Under the pieces are notes generated by a model. The model made no database searches and had not been told where the DNA came from. It worked only from the letters and a program-made list of their open reading frames with translations. From Patescibacteria group bacterium (GTDB lineage: Bacteria; Patescibacteriota; Patescibacteriia; JAHJFT01): DNA of 64,000 nt. The stretch is from the NCBI GenBank assembly GCA_028710985.1, contig JAQTTB010000001.1, positions 655,073-719,072 on the forward strand. Direction: 5' to 3'. Each line of letters begins with the position of its first letter. The first letter of the stretch is position 1. This document shows positions 63,554 through 64,000 of this stretch, one piece after another. The translations under genes and the position numbers were made by a program.

Positions 63554-63769
63554 CTAGAATCGGTAGGTAATCCTACCCTTGGTGAGATCGTAAGGAGTCA
63601 TCTCTACTCTGACTTCATCGCCCGGTAGAATGCGGATTTTATTAATTCTCATCCTTCCCGAGAGATGGCCGAGTATCTCGTGGCCGCTTTCAAGCTGTAT
63701 CTTGAATGTCGCGGCCGGTAAAAGCTCTATGACCCTGCCTTTCATTTCTATAAAATCGTTGCCGCTCAT
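63554..63769 (-). CDS. infA: Translation initiation factor IF-1
   Basis: [35 protein letters not shown] ... [25 protein letters not shown], an S1-like IF-1 pattern. The start was trimmed to ATG 63769 with the SD GGGGGA. Confidence 0.85.
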   Translation of the reverse strand: MSGNDFIEMKGRVIELLPAATFKIQLESGHEILGHLSGRMRINKIRILPGDEVRVEMTPYDLTKGRITYRF

Positions 63770-64000
63770 AGAGTCCCCCGTTTTGTTTGCATCATAATGA
63801 AGTGCGCGTATTATAACAGAGTAATATTTTTTTGACAAGTTTGCCTATATTCTAGCGGATTTATGAATAATCGTCAAGTGTTTTTAAGTTAAAAAAACTT
63901 GAGATATTTTTTGGCTAATTTTAGCCAAAATTACTCAAGTTTCGCTTTAATTCGTCTTATGCCCGATGAGCTGGCTTCTTCTTTCATGATAAAAAATTTG

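Noticed and set aside
63554-63838. 94-aa form of infA with a 23-aa N-terminal extension
   Set aside because: IF-1 is about 72 aa. The internal ATG at 63769 has an SD and restores the canonical length.

Overview
This is a compact, gene-dense bacterial window of about 49% GC with short intergenic regions, several overlapping starts and often weak Shine-Dalgarno sequences, which is consistent with a Candidate Phyla Radiation or Parcubacteria-like genome. That assignment is an inference from gene content and style. Most genes are recognisable housekeeping genes: gatC-gatA, lgt, trxB-dsbA-glutaredoxin, rsmI, metG, tatD, a UvrD-type helicase-nuclease, mreBCD, archease-rtcB, prs, PBP2, greA, lysS, serS, alr, an ftsQ-like gene, gltX, clpB, priA-def-fmt, a surface-glycan cluster (Wzx, GT4, GT2, GT2, Wzy-like), and the rpsI-rplM and infA-rpmJ-rpsM-rpsK-rpsD-rpoA-rplQ ribosomal block. 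I found no rRNA, tRNA or CRISPR array. Several accessory-looking features are embedded in this core. (1) An AT-rich island at about 25.75-28.56 kb encodes a hypothetical protein with a HEPN-like Rx4H motif, a ParB/Srx-like small protein, a P-loop kinase and a MazG-like NTP pyrophosphohydrolase; this is the most system-like candidate in the window. (2) Two GC-rich cassettes (14.6-15.8 kb and 36.6-38.6 kb) are bracketed by short inverted-repeat hairpin pairs; the second holds two tandem paralogous hypothetical genes with duplicated promoters and terminators. (3) A family of nested GC-rich hairpin mini-repeats (GTCATTCCCGCG-loop-CGGGAATCC and relatives) occurs seven times, usually as inverted pairs. 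(4) Two genes for four-helix-bundle proteins of the 23S rRNA intervening-sequence family are each flanked by inverted repeats, and an empty copy of one repeat lies elsewhere. (5) A roughly 120-bp sequence recurs in inverted orientation about 10.8 kb apart, each time just upstream of an operon start. (6) A roughly 420-nt ORF-free, GC-rich, structured region lies upstream of metG; it could be a leader or RNA gene.
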